The notes under the pieces are model-generated. The model made no database searches. It was given only the letters and a program-made list of their open reading frames with translations, and was not told where the DNA came from. From NCBI GenBank assembly GCA_963803805.1, contig CAWDOD010000008.1:64001-128000 (forward strand): 64,000 nt of DNA. The letters are read 5' to 3'. Position numbers and translations under genes: made by a program. Positions 1 to 10,301 of this stretch are shown piece after piece (within the stretch, counting starts at the first letter, position 1; each line of letters begins with the position of its first letter). Source of the DNA: an uncultured cyanobacterium (GTDB lineage: Bacteria > Cyanobacteriota > Cyanobacteriia > Cyanobacteriales > CAWCAG01).

Positions 1-124
1 CTCCCACAACCAATACTTCACATTCTACGGTTTGTTCCCCAGAATTAGTTTGGGCAAGGGTAGGTTGGCTAGTTAGGGCGATTAAACCTAAGCACAAAGA
101 TAATTTAGTTAGCGATCGCTTCAT
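1..124 (-). CDS. FAD-dependent oxidoreductase, N-terminal part (runs off window)
   Basis: Manual translation MKRSLTKLSLCLGLIALTSQPTLAQTNSGEQTVECEVLVVG: signal peptide followed by the start of a Rossmann motif. Confidence 0.6.
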   Translation of the reverse strand, partial: MKRSLTKLSLCLGLIALTSQPTLAQTNSGEQTVECEVLVVG

Positions 125-147
125 AATATTGATAGATTTTCTTGTTG

Positions 148-459
148 TTAATTATTTGTTGTCCGCAGTTGTTGAAACAAAATCTGGAACATTAGGGCGA
201 TTAGCCCCACAGACACTAAAGTAAAAATTCCAGTTCCCAAAGCTGACATACCCACAACTAAGGTACGGACAGCCACAGCAATATTCATAGCGGTAGCATT
301 GCCGCTAGGCAGAGGTTTGTGGGCAAAGGTTTCGGCAATCGAAGAAGTTAGGGCATAAAGGGCAACAGCAAATCCTCCCGAAATTATTGCACCAACTAAA
401 CAACGCCAGGGACTAACGGTTTTTTGTTCTTTTGGAGATTGAGAGTTACTCATAAACAC
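148..459 (-). CDS. DUF3082-like small membrane protein
   Basis: 103 aa, two hydrophobic helices, NIAVAVRTLVVG motif. Confidence 0.7.
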   Translation of the reverse strand: MFMSNSQSPKEQKTVSPWRCLVGAIISGGFAVALYALTSSIAETFAHKPLPSGNATAMNIAVAVRTLVVGMSALGTGIFTLVSVGLIALMFQILFQQLRTTNN

Positions 460-536
460 TTGGATGGGTAATTTATAAACAAAGGTGTTGTTAACAATAT
501 CTCTAATAATTCTGCAATCTTTTCAGCCAATAACCA

Positions 537-1370
537 ATGCAAATAGAATGGCAAGTTGCCAAAACCTACGAAGATATCCTTTATCACAAACAAGACGGCA
601 TTGCTAAAATTACCATCAATCGTCCCCAGAAACGAAATGCCTTTCGCCCCCAAACGGTTTTTGAAATGTATGAAGCTTTCTGTGATGCCCGTGAAGATCC
701 TAGTATCGGGGTGATTCTTTTAACCGGGGCAGGGCCCCATACCGATGGTAAGTATGCTTTTTGTTCTGGAGGTGATCAAAGTGTACGGGGAAAAGCTGGT
801 TATGTGGGAGATGATGGTGTACCTCGGTTAAACGTTTTAGATTTACAGCGTTTAATTCGTTCTTTACCTAAAGTGGTAATCGCCCTCGTTGCTGGCTACG
901 CCATTGGTGGAGGTCATGTTTTACATCTCATTTGCGACTTAACCATTGCTGCTGATAACGCCATTTTTGGTCAAACTGGCCCCAAAGTAGGTAGCTTTGA
1001 TGGTGGGTTTGGGGCTAGTTATCTTGCCCGTATCGTTGGGCAAAAGAAAGCCAGAGAAATTTGGTTTCTCTGTCGCCAATATAATGCGGCACAAGCTTTG
1101 GAAATGGGCTTAGTTAACACTGTAGTCTCAGTAGATCAATTAGAAGCTGAAGGTGTCCAATGGGGTCAAGAAATTTTAGAAAAAAGTCCCACCGCCATTC
1201 GTTGTTTAAAATCTGCTTTTAATGCCGATTGTGATGGCCAAGCTGGCTTACAAGAATTAGCCGGCAATGCCACCTTACTCTATTACATGACTGAGGAAGG
1301 TGCTGAGGGCAAACAAGCATTTTTAGAAAAACGCAAACCTGATTTTCGTAACTATCCTTGGCTACCCTGA
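537..1370 (+). CDS. menB: 1,4-dihydroxy-2-naphthoyl-CoA synthase
   Basis: Crotonase-fold motifs [28 protein letters not shown]. Confidence 0.97.
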   Translation: MQIEWQVAKTYEDILYHKQDGIAKITINRPQKRNAFRPQTVFEMYEAFCDAREDPSIGVILLTGAGPHTDGKYAFCSGGDQSVRGKAGYVGDDGVPRLNVLDLQRLIRSLPKVVIALVAGYAIGGGHVLHLICDLTIAADNAIFGQTGPKVGSFDGGFGASYLARIVGQKKAREIWFLCRQYNAAQALEMGLVNTVVSVDQLEAEGVQWGQEILEKSPTAIRCLKSAFNADCDGQAGLQELAGNATLLYYMTEEGAEGKQAFLEKRKPDFRNYPWLP

Positions 1371-1422
1371 ATTTAATATTTTTTAATTAAAGTCAGTTAC
1401 TAATTGCTGAATTGAACCTAAC

Positions 1423-1475
1423 AAAATTCAAGTAGGACGAAGCCATAAAACTTGCTTTCATCCTACTTGAATTTT
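1423..1475. terminator. Inverted repeat, likely bidirectional terminator
   Basis: AAAATTCAAGTAGGA (1423-1437) pairs with TCCTACTTGAATTTT (1461-1475), between convergent genes. Confidence 0.65.
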
Positions 1476-1530
1476 ATCTTTCAAAAAAGGTATTTATTTT
1501 TACTTTTGTTGGGGTCGCAAATAAGCTAAT

Positions 1531-1812
1531 TTATGGGGTCAATACTTTCTTGGAAGTTGCTACTTCCAAAGGCTGTTCTACAGATGAATAGTCGAGAACA
1601 AGGGAATTCTCCAAAGAAGCAATATCTTCTTCTAAATGTTCCCAAACATCCGTTTCAAATGGTGGAGCGGCCAAAGGACAAGCTTTCCAATTCCCCTGTA
1701 CTGGGACGCAAAGTTGTTCACACATACCGCCTCTTCTTCCCTCAGTTTTATAGTGACGGCAGCACCGGCAGGCAGATGTTAAAAAAAGTTGTGTTTTCAT
1801 TTGTTTTTTCAA
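1531..1812 (-). CDS. Small Cys-rich cyanobacterial hypothetical protein
   Basis: CRCCRHY..EGRRGGMC..L..PVQGNWKAC pattern, possibly metal-binding. Confidence 0.65.
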   Translation of the reverse strand: MKKQMKTQLFLTSACRCCRHYKTEGRRGGMCEQLCVPVQGNWKACPLAAPPFETDVWEHLEEDIASLENSLVLDYSSVEQPLEVATSKKVLTP

Positions 1813-2462
1813 AAAGGATTGTCTTTCTTGAAGCTCCAGTTTTAATTTATTCTTTTCTGAAAAGCTTCTTTTTCTTAGTCAAACGATGATTATATAAGGC
1901 TTATCTTTGTCTTTGATAATAGCCTGGTTTTAATGTTTTCTTTATAATTACGTCATAAATAGATACATAATCCTTGGAATTTGATTTTGAGCTATGAAGT
2001 AATTTAAAGAACTAATATAGATTTTAACCAAAAACAAATAGGGATCAAGGTAAAAAAAGGTAAAATCTTGATTAGGGAGTAGATAGCTAGGAATTTATTA
2101 CTACTTAAGTAGGAGAAAAGAAACTGCTTTAATCTAAGTTTGAAAAAACAAATGTACGGGGATCACAAATTAAGGGCTACTATGATCACACTTTAACAAT
2201 GACAGTATTGATACTTAAATAAAAAGATTTCTTTATTGGTAAACTTTAAAAGTTTCGATGCTAATACCAAAACTATTCTCAAAAAAAGAGCATTTTGAGA
2301 AATTGCAAGCTGTTATAATCTGTCAGGCATTTAAACGACTTGTTGTGAAATTAATAAAATTTGCGAGATCCTTCCTTTTTTCAGTGTCAAAAGGTGCGAA
2401 GGTTTGGGTATACTTTTGGCAAGGTATAAATATGATCGAAGTTTAGGGAAAATCTTTAATTT

Positions 2463-3653
2463 ATGAGTACACCCACCTCAAAACCCGTATTAAATCCCTT
2501 ATTACAAGCAGCCCTAAGCAGCTTAGACATAAGCTTAGAAGAAGAATTAATCCGGTATAGACGTTTAAGCAAAGGAAGCAAACCTAACTTCCCCCAAGGA
2601 AATACCTTAATTCAGCCTCCTCCTACTGCTGAAACTCTCGACCTTAGCCAATCGGCCGAAGCAAGCCCCGAAATAGATTCTGTTTCTACCACTACAGAAA
2701 TCAACTCCACCACCCAGTTACAACCCAACTCCCCCCAAGAAAATGCCGCTTCAAATTTGGTACATCAACCGACGGAATCTGAAGAGAAGCAAAATCTAGC
2801 TGAACCAAATAACAACCAGCAACCTCCCGAAGATTATTTAGAATCTTCTGAACAACTGCTGCGTTCTTTAGAGGAAAATAAATCAGAACCTCAAAAACCT
2901 GAACCTCAAAAAACCCCTGCCTGGAAACAAGTTCTTTTCTCTCCTTTAGGAATTGGTTCTGTAGCTGTTTTTGTTGTCGCTAGTACTCTTTTTGGAGCAA
3001 CTTTATTAGACTCCCAAACAGCTAACAAGTTAGGCTTAGGATTCCTATTCGCTTCTGAAGATAGCGATGTAGAAGTAGAGCCAGTAGATCAAGCAGCTAT
3101 TGAAGGTGAAGTAAAAGCTAGTCCTAGCGGGCCAAATCTTGCTAATAATCAGGAGTTCACTAAGGAATTAGATTTAGATACCTTAAGTACAGTGGAGTCT
3201 GGAGCAACCCCTGATGTCACGGCTACCAGTGAAACTCCTGCTGTCGCCCCATCTCCTATTCCTGCTCCTAACCCAGCCCCTCAAGGAGGTTCTTCGGATT
3301 CTACAGAAGCTTTAATTCCCCGTAGTATCGGTTCCCCAACTGATCCAAATGCCCCAACCGCAGTTCCTAACAACATAGCAGCCCAACCAGCCCCAACTAA
3401 TTCAGTATCGCAAGTTCCAGAAGCAGTACCTGCACCGGGTACAAATGAGCCTTACCACTTCGTTATTGTTGATTACACAGGGGCTGATTCTTTAACTCAA
3501 GCGAGAACAATTGTCAAAGATGCCTACCTACGAGAATTTGGCCAAAGTGTCAAAATACAAATGAGTGCTTCTAATAGCGAAGCTGAGGCGCAAAGATTGG
3601 TTGATGAATTAAAGCAGAGAGGCATTTCTGCTTCGATTTTTGCAAATCAGTAA
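2463..3653 (+). CDS. Membrane-anchored hypothetical protein with possible C-terminal SPOR-like domain
   Basis: LDISLEEELIRYRR N-terminus, one TM helix, Pro-rich linker, C-terminal AQRLVDELKQRGI. Confidence 0.6.
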   Translation: MSTPTSKPVLNPLLQAALSSLDISLEEELIRYRRLSKGSKPNFPQGNTLIQPPPTAETLDLSQSAEASPEIDSVSTTTEINSTTQLQPNSPQENAASNLVHQPTESEEKQNLAEPNNNQQPPEDYLESSEQLLRSLEENKSEPQKPEPQKTPAWKQVLFSPLGIGSVAVFVVASTLFGATLLDSQTANKLGLGFLFASEDSDVEVEPVDQAAIEGEVKASPSGPNLANNQEFTKELDLDTLSTVESGATPDVTATSETPAVAPSPIPAPNPAPQGGSSDSTEALIPRSIGSPTDPNAPTAVPNNIAAQPAPTNSVSQVPEAVPAPGTNEPYHFVIVDYTGADSLTQARTIVKDAYLREFGQSVKIQMSASNSEAEAQRLVDELKQRGISASIFANQ

Positions 3654-3691
3654 TTATTGGCTCACCCATCTTAGCAATTAGCAACTAGCCA

Positions 3692-4504
3692 ATGGCAATT
3701 CCCCTTTACTTAATCATCTTCGCCTTGGGTGCGGCCATTGGTAGCTTCATTAACGTAGTGGTTTATCGCTTACCCGCAGGACTATCTATTCTTTGGCCTC
3801 CTTCTCGTTGTCCCCATTGTTTAAATAGATTGGGCAAAAAAGAGAATATCCCTGTCTTCGGGTGGTTGTGGCTTAAGGGCAAGTGTAAACACTGCCACAG
3901 TAAGATTTCTCCCCGCTATCCTATCGTCGAAGCATTTACAGGCATAATTTTCCTTTTAGTATTTAGCTTATTTGGTCTAAGCCTGGAAACATTAGGTTAT
4001 TGGTTTTTGGTTAGCTGGTTACTAACTTTATCCTTAATAGATTTAGACACCATGACCTTACCTAATTCCCTTACCCAATCGGGGTTAGTTTTAGGTTTGA
4101 TTTTCCAAGCATTATTAGGCTGGCAAACTACCTCTGAATTATCAGGAGTTGCCAATCAATTAATGGTAGGAATTGGTGGTGCAGTTTTGGGTATATGGTT
4201 ATTTGAAGCGATCGCCTGGATTGGCACAATCATTTTTGGTCAAACTGCCATGGGTGGAGGAGATGCTAAACTCAGCGCCACCATTGGGGCTTGGTTAGGT
4301 TGGAAATATCTTTTACTATCTAGTTTCATCGCCTGCGGCTTAGGAGCATTTGTGGGAGGAGGTGCAATCACCCTTGGTATTTTGAGTAGAAAGCAACCTA
4401 TGCCTTTTGGCCCTTTTCTCGCTTTAGGTGGAATTTTAGCTTGTTTCTGGGGCGAAACAATACTTTCTGTTTATGTGCAAATTTTCTTTCCCTCTTTCAA
4501 CTAA
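3692..4504 (+). CDS. pilD: Prepilin peptidase/N-methyltransferase
   Basis: GSFINVVVYRLP, two CxxC pairs, MGGGDAKL, PFGPFL. Confidence 0.95.
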   Translation: MAIPLYLIIFALGAAIGSFINVVVYRLPAGLSILWPPSRCPHCLNRLGKKENIPVFGWLWLKGKCKHCHSKISPRYPIVEAFTGIIFLLVFSLFGLSLETLGYWFLVSWLLTLSLIDLDTMTLPNSLTQSGLVLGLIFQALLGWQTTSELSGVANQLMVGIGGAVLGIWLFEAIAWIGTIIFGQTAMGGGDAKLSATIGAWLGWKYLLLSSFIACGLGAFVGGGAITLGILSRKQPMPFGPFLALGGILACFWGETILSVYVQIFFPSFN

Positions 4505-4592
4505 TACCAAAGAAGTAGGATTTGGTATCATGAAAATTCTTCACCCTAATAATTTTCCTAGTATAATCGGAGCGATCATTTCCTGGAAACTT

Positions 4593-6062
4593 CTAATCTA
4601 AAAAATATTGAGAAGCCCAATTACCATGCAAACCATAAGGAATATGATGCTTAAGATTGAGTTTTGCGAGGAGATTAAGATTGCTAGGGTCGAGGATAAC
4701 TAACTCAGAACGATGGCGATCGCCGTTATAAACTAGAGTAAGAAGCCAACCCTCATCTTCCTGGGAACTTTGAGGATGAGGTACAAAAACAGGTTCGCTA
4801 ACAAAGCCGTTAGGGGCTGCACTCCAACTCTTCTGTGTTCCTGTGGTTAAATCTAGTTTGAGGATACCTTGCAAAGGTGCATTCCCCTCTTTTTCTTCAG
4901 CAACACCCATAAATAAATAATGGTAGGAACGTCCCACATAATCAGGATGAACTTCAGGAAATTCACAACAACGACTCAACAATAACTGACTGTCTGTAGT
5001 TCTCTGCTCTAAATCTAATGTAAAACGCCATAGTTGTCCTGGTGCTAAGGTTGCAAAATCCACATCGCGATAATCGGCATCTTTTTGTACTTGGGGAATA
5101 GAATCATAGCAAATGGAGTCGAGGTAAATTTTGCCATTTTCCTCAAAAGCATTAGCATGATGAAAAACAAATCCGGCTTGAGTTTCCAAGATTTTCACCT
5201 TTTCATCTGCTTTGGTATTCCGGGGAATAACGATGATGCGGGTAGGGCTTTTGGCTTGAAAGTTAACGCATTCTCCGGCCCCTTTAAAGCCTAATAAAAA
5301 AGGTAGGGGGTTAAAAGTAACAGGATTTTGGAAGAAGAGACAATAATTTGGGGTAATAGCAAAGTCGTGAATGAAAGCAAATCCTGGGACGCTATGGTCG
5401 TGGCGACGTAGCAATTTTCCCCCAGCATCTAATTCATAAACAGTAATAGTTGTAGAAAGTCCAGGTTTAATGGAAAAATTAACTAAACAAGGCTCTCCTC
5501 CATTAAACTTACAACTAGGATCAATCCAAGGATGGGCTGCAAAGGCATCTCCTGGTTGTAAAATCCCATCTAGGTCATCTAACCCCAAAGTCTCTAAATT
5601 ACTTGGCTCTAAGCGATAGGGTTGTGCCGCTTCCCACAGGGCAAGAAGTTTCCCACCCCAGTAAATGACGTTGGTGTTGGCAATATTCTTGAGGCGAAAA
5701 TCAAAAGCATTATGCCACCAGCCACCAGGCTTTTGAGTACCAAAAACCCCACGATAAAGGATTTTACCCGCTTGTTGTTCTTCGACAAAAGCTTGAGTGC
5801 GAACAAAGCGGTTGCGGAAATGTGCGCGTCCTTCTTTAAAAGAAACAGCACAAACCATACCATCGCCGTCAAAGGGATGATGTATAGCAGTGCCGTTAAT
5901 ATCTAATAATCCTGGACCATTACGAAATAAAGTACCTTCAAGTTCAGTAGGAATTTCTCCTTCAACATCATCAACCCAATAGTCAGATTCTTGGAGTTGA
6001 GATTGATAACCTTGTTTCCATTGTTCAAGGTTATAGGATTTGGTGTTTGTAGTTAGTTTCAT
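4593..6062 (-). CDS. Carotenoid/apocarotenoid cleavage oxygenase (RPE65 family)
   Basis: RNGPG, HPFDGDG, FAAHP, FIHDF, FVFHHANAFE, PYGLHG (four His ligands). Confidence 0.93.
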   Translation of the reverse strand: MKLTTNTKSYNLEQWKQGYQSQLQESDYWVDDVEGEIPTELEGTLFRNGPGLLDINGTAIHHPFDGDGMVCAVSFKEGRAHFRNRFVRTQAFVEEQQAGKILYRGVFGTQKPGGWWHNAFDFRLKNIANTNVIYWGGKLLALWEAAQPYRLEPSNLETLGLDDLDGILQPGDAFAAHPWIDPSCKFNGGEPCLVNFSIKPGLSTTITVYELDAGGKLLRRHDHSVPGFAFIHDFAITPNYCLFFQNPVTFNPLPFLLGFKGAGECVNFQAKSPTRIIVIPRNTKADEKVKILETQAGFVFHHANAFEENGKIYLDSICYDSIPQVQKDADYRDVDFATLAPGQLWRFTLDLEQRTTDSQLLLSRCCEFPEVHPDYVGRSYHYLFMGVAEEKEGNAPLQGILKLDLTTGTQKSWSAAPNGFVSEPVFVPHPQSSQEDEGWLLTLVYNGDRHRSELVILDPSNLNLLAKLNLKHHIPYGLHGNWASQYFLD

Positions 6063-6103
6063 TAGTTATCAATAGTTTTTAAAAAGTGGTAGTAAGTTTT
6101 AAA

Positions 6104-7501
6104 TTAAACTGTTGGCACTAAAGGCTTTTCTATATCCCCTTTCATCTCATGTTCCCCTAACCCTTGCCTAATCAGATTTTCTTTCTCTTCCTCAGCTTGA
6201 GGATCACCTGATGGCAACCAGCCTAAAAAAGGTAGAGGTAATAAGCTAGATAGGTTAACGATGACAACTAATAGCCAAAGATTACTAAAATTAGTTTCCG
6301 TCACTCCCAAAAGTTTGGTTAACAAAGCCCCCAATTCATGGGAAAGCAGCCCTGCTAAGTTAAAAACGGACATGAGGAGGGCAAACAAGGTAGCTTCCAC
6401 TCCCGCAGGGCAAAGACGGGCAGAAAGAACCAATACTGGCATAAAAGCTATTTGTCCCATGACGGTGAGAATGAGACTATCTCCTAAACTAAACCAATGG
6501 TCGTCTATACCCAAGCTACGATTAGCATGGGTGACTAGGAGTAAAGTTGTCATGCCTAAAACTGCTGAGATAACGGTACTCCAACCAAAGATGACTCGGA
6601 AGGATACGCTTTTGAGGAAGCGTTGATATAACCAAATACCTAATAAAGAAGCAATACTAGTTACTAAGCGCACTCTACCTAAAAATTCTGGTTCAAACCC
6701 TAATTCGTTGGTGACGAAGAAAAATATCGCCGATTCTCCTCCAGGAGTTGCCTGCCAAATAAAGATAAATAGGGTGGGAAGCCAAATATACTTTTGAGTT
6801 ATAGCTGCCCAGAGTTGCTTAACTTGGTGCTTTGCCCCAGCAACATTAACCTTGTTGCTAGTTTTTTCTTCGGCAATTAACCAAGCAATACCCGAAACTA
6901 TGAGGGGGAAAGTGGCGGTGATAGAAAAAACTGTTTGGTTGCTGAAATGCTGTAAGAGCAAACCACTTAAATAAGCTGTGGTTAAGCCCCCCAAAGCCGT
7001 ACAACTCCAACTTAAAGATTGCAAGGAACCAGACTTCTCCAAAGATTCTTCCCTAGCTCTCTCTACTACCAAAGAGTCTACAATTACATCACTAATGGCC
7101 ATGGAAAGAGATGTAAATAAAATTGCTGTGGTAGCAGCCCAAGCCGTGTTAACTACTGTCCCCAAAGCTAACCAAGAAGCTGCCCCCAAAATACCGGAGA
7201 TGATTAAGTAAGGGCGGCGGCGATAGCCAAATAAGGGTAAGCCATCAGAAATAAAACCAAATAAGGGTTTTGTTACCCAAGGCAAAGATGCAATACCCAT
7301 CAAGGCTGCAACTTGGGCAGGGCTGAGGGCGAGGTCATCTTTAAGGAAAAAGCTAACAGCTAAACGGGCTAAACCGAGTATGCCTTGAACGAAATAAACC
7401 GTCATGATGGCTAATAACTCAGGATTCGGCTCGTTGCCGAACAAAATCTTTTCTTTGATTAACTCTTGGAACTGACTTAGCCTGGGAGAAGAAGCTGTCA
7501 T
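6104..7501 (-). CDS. Folate/biopterin MFS transporter (BT1 family)
   Basis: About 12 TM helices, LPWVTKPLFGFISD, GYRRRPY, LCPAGVEATLFALLMS. Confidence 0.9.
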   Translation of the reverse strand: MTASSPRLSQFQELIKEKILFGNEPNPELLAIMTVYFVQGILGLARLAVSFFLKDDLALSPAQVAALMGIASLPWVTKPLFGFISDGLPLFGYRRRPYLIISGILGAASWLALGTVVNTAWAATTAILFTSLSMAISDVIVDSLVVERAREESLEKSGSLQSLSWSCTALGGLTTAYLSGLLLQHFSNQTVFSITATFPLIVSGIAWLIAEEKTSNKVNVAGAKHQVKQLWAAITQKYIWLPTLFIFIWQATPGGESAIFFFVTNELGFEPEFLGRVRLVTSIASLLGIWLYQRFLKSVSFRVIFGWSTVISAVLGMTTLLLVTHANRSLGIDDHWFSLGDSLILTVMGQIAFMPVLVLSARLCPAGVEATLFALLMSVFNLAGLLSHELGALLTKLLGVTETNFSNLWLLVVIVNLSSLLPLPFLGWLPSGDPQAEEEKENLIRQGLGEHEMKGDIEKPLVPTV

Positions 7502-7828
7502 GAATATTTTTTAAGTTTTATATCATTTTATATCTTATACAGCTAACAGAGATTTCGGTGTAGCTAGAAAATCAGAAATATAACTGTTGAGAAAGAGCTT
7601 GGTCGGAAAATCTCTACCTACAGGATGAGAGTCTTGGTTTTCTTAGGGAAACTTCTATGTCATTAGGGAAGAAAGATACAACAAGCAGATAATCAATCTT
7701 GGGGTGAGGCTAAGATGGGGTATGACCAGGCATACTGAAAGTGTTGTGTAATATAGACTGCAATTCAATCAAGCCTAATCAAATTTAATTCTTTCTCAAA
7801 ATTTATTACTTTTTATCCTCGTGCTATT

Positions 7829-9802
7829 GTGGTCAGTTTTTTCAACTCGAAGAACTCTTTATCTACTTGGCTAACTGATAAAGTTAAAAATTCTTGGGGC
7901 AATTTAGCCGAGCTTAAAGTAGTTACCCTTGGTATATTATTGATATCGGGTTCATTGTTAGGTTTGCGCTATCTTGGCTACTCTCAAGCCCTTGAACTCC
8001 TGGCTTTTGACCAGCTAGTCCGTTGGCAAAAAGATTTGCCCCCTGACCCACGTATTTTATTAGTAACCATTGCTGAAGAAGATTTACGGCAGCAAAAAGA
8101 CTGGCCCATTAGTGATTTAAACTATGCTAAGGTTTTGCAGAATTTACAATCTTGGGACGCTAAGGTAATTGGTTTAGATATTTATCGTGATTTACCTGTT
8201 AAAAATGGTCGCCAAGAACTTATTGAGCAACTTAGAGAACCTAATGTTTTTGCTATTCGCAGTATTGACATTTTAAAAGGAACCCCCGCCCCTCCAGAAT
8301 TATCCCCAGAAAAAGTTGGTTTTAATGATATTCCTATAGATCCTGATGGAGTGATACGACGCAACATCATTTTTGCGATTCCTGAAGGAGAAGAATTTTT
8401 AACTTCTTTTGCTCTGTTGCTAGCCTCAGACTATTTGGAAGCTCAAGGTATCAAACAACAAGAAAGTCAAGAGAATCCTGAATATCTTCAATTAGGCAAA
8501 GCAACCTTCGTTCCCCTTAGCCATAATTCCGGTGGTTATCAAAAAGTTGATGCCGGAGGCTATCAAGTTTTGTTTGATTATCGTAGTCGCTATAAAGCTG
8601 CTACAGAAGTCTCTTTTAGTGATGTTTTGTCGGGAGAGATTAACCCAAACTTAGTTAAAGGCAAAATCGTTATTATTGGTAGCACCGCCCCTAGCCTCAA
8701 AGATGCGATGCTTACCCCTTACAGTAGAGGTTTGTTTGCTAATGCCCAAATGCCTGGGGTGACAATTCATGCTCAAGCTGTCAGCCAAATTCTCGATGCA
8801 GCCACAGGAATTCGCCCTTTACGCTGGTTTTGGTCAGAATGGTTAGAAGGACTATGGATTGTTGGTTGGGTGACTTTAGGAGGTGTTGTCGGTTGGCTAC
8901 TACGTCATCCTCTGTCCTTAACTATTAGTGCTGGAGTTGGCTTAGGCATTCTACTATCTACAGCCACTATTATTTTTTTTTATTCTGGCTGGATACCTTT
9001 AGCTTCTCCAGCTATAGGCTTTTTCTTAACTATAGGAGTGGCTGTTACTTACCAATCCTATCAAGATCATCAACAACAGCAGATGGTTATGAAACTTTTG
9101 GGACAAAATACTTCTCCAGAAATTGCCAATGCTTTATGGCAAGGTAGAGATTATCTTTTGAAATCTGGCAAACTACCAGGGAAAAAGCTAACAGCAACAA
9201 TGATGTTCGTTGATATTAAAGGCTTTAGTACTATTTCCGAGAAGATGCCCCCGGAGCATTTATTAAACTGGCTTAATGAAGTGCTTGATGCTATGACCCA
9301 TGAAGTTATCAAACGCCAAGGGGCCATTAATAAGTTTACCGGAGATGGGCTGATGGCAGTTTTTGGTGTCCCTTTGTCTCACTTCCACACTGAAGAAATC
9401 CAAACAGATGCCCAACGCTGTGTGAATTGTGCTTTGGCTATTAGCGATCGCCTAGAAGAAATGAATGCTAATTGGCTAAGGCGAGGTTTGCCAGTCATTC
9501 AAATTCGCATTGGTATTTTTACTGGCCCTGTGGTTGTGGGTAGTTTGGGAGGGAAAGACCGTTTAGAATACGGTGTCATTGGTGATAGTGTTAATATTGC
9601 TGCCCGTTTGGAAGCTTGTGAAAAAGACCGTCAGCCAAGTAATTGTCGTATCTTAATAGCTAAGGAAACTTTAGTTCACCTTCAAGATAAGGTGGAAGTG
9701 GAAGCCTGGGGACTTATAGCTTTGCAGGGTAAAGAACAAATGGTTGATGTTTATCGAGTTACAGATCGTCTTTTACCGAAGAGTAGAAAGTTAAACCTAT
9801 AG
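7829..9802 (+). CDS. CHASE2-domain adenylate/guanylate cyclase (start uncertain)
   Basis: CHASE2 motifs GLDIYRD and PGVTIHA, three TMs, class III cyclase motifs FVDIKGFS, KFTGDG, GDSVNIAARLE. Confidence 0.9.
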   Translation: MVSFFNSKNSLSTWLTDKVKNSWGNLAELKVVTLGILLISGSLLGLRYLGYSQALELLAFDQLVRWQKDLPPDPRILLVTIAEEDLRQQKDWPISDLNYAKVLQNLQSWDAKVIGLDIYRDLPVKNGRQELIEQLREPNVFAIRSIDILKGTPAPPELSPEKVGFNDIPIDPDGVIRRNIIFAIPEGEEFLTSFALLLASDYLEAQGIKQQESQENPEYLQLGKATFVPLSHNSGGYQKVDAGGYQVLFDYRSRYKAATEVSFSDVLSGEINPNLVKGKIVIIGSTAPSLKDAMLTPYSRGLFANAQMPGVTIHAQAVSQILDAATGIRPLRWFWSEWLEGLWIVGWVTLGGVVGWLLRHPLSLTISAGVGLGILLSTATIIFFYSGWIPLASPAIGFFLTIGVAVTYQSYQDHQQQQMVMKLLGQNTSPEIANALWQGRDYLLKSGKLPGKKLTATMMFVDIKGFSTISEKMPPEHLLNWLNEVLDAMTHEVIKRQGAINKFTGDGLMAVFGVPLSHFHTEEIQTDAQRCVNCALAISDRLEEMNANWLRRGLPVIQIRIGIFTGPVVVGSLGGKDRLEYGVIGDSVNIAARLEACEKDRQPSNCRILIAKETLVHLQDKVEVEAWGLIALQGKEQMVDVYRVTDRLLPKSRKLNL

Positions 9803-9809
9803 CCCCCTT

Positions 9810-10072
9810 AACCTTGTCCCGACAAATGTATTCACTGACAGCTAAACTTTGAAAGAGTTCTCCATATAAAGTAGCCAAACTATAAGCGATAGTGACCAAT
9901 AAAACAGTAGCCAAGAAACGTCGCTCATTAACACGAGTCTTTTCAAGGTTATAGCCACCAGTTTTACAATCTTTGAACATAGTTTCTATCACCCAACGAG
10001 ATTTGTAGAATGACAGTGCTAATCGAGGATTATCTAAACTAGTCAAAATATACCAGGGGTTTTTGGGTCCTT
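9810..10072 (-). pseudogene. IS4-family (DDE) transposase fragment
   Basis: PWYILTSL...YKSRWVIETMFKDCKTGGYNLE signature; both ends missing. Confidence 0.8.
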
Positions 10073-10242
10073 ACCATCTTGAAGTTGATTAAAAGGAGAG
10101 GCTATGGATTCAGGAACTTTGACAACTTTTCTCTGAGGAGCATTTTGGCTTGGCATTTCAACTGCTAATATTGATAAGCTCACATCTCGATTTCTTTCTC
10201 TATCTACTTTTCATACCCCTGGTCACCCCTTGAGCATTTGCA

Positions 10243-10280
10243 CAAAGGGTTGGCAGTTCAACTAGACTGCTAACCCTTTG
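10243..10280 (-). terminator. Hairpin downstream of the PEP-CTERM gene
   Basis: CAAAGGGTTGGCAGT pairs with ACTGCTAACCCTTTG. Confidence 0.6.
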
Positions 10281-10301
10281 AGATAAAGAAGAATATAGGA
10301 C

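Noticed and set aside
1533-1889. 118-aa plus-strand ORF
   Set aside because: Antisense to the motif-bearing Cys-rich gene
7560-7780. Possible RNA gene in the divergent intergenic region
   Set aside because: No recognisable tRNA, ncRNA or riboswitch motif by eye
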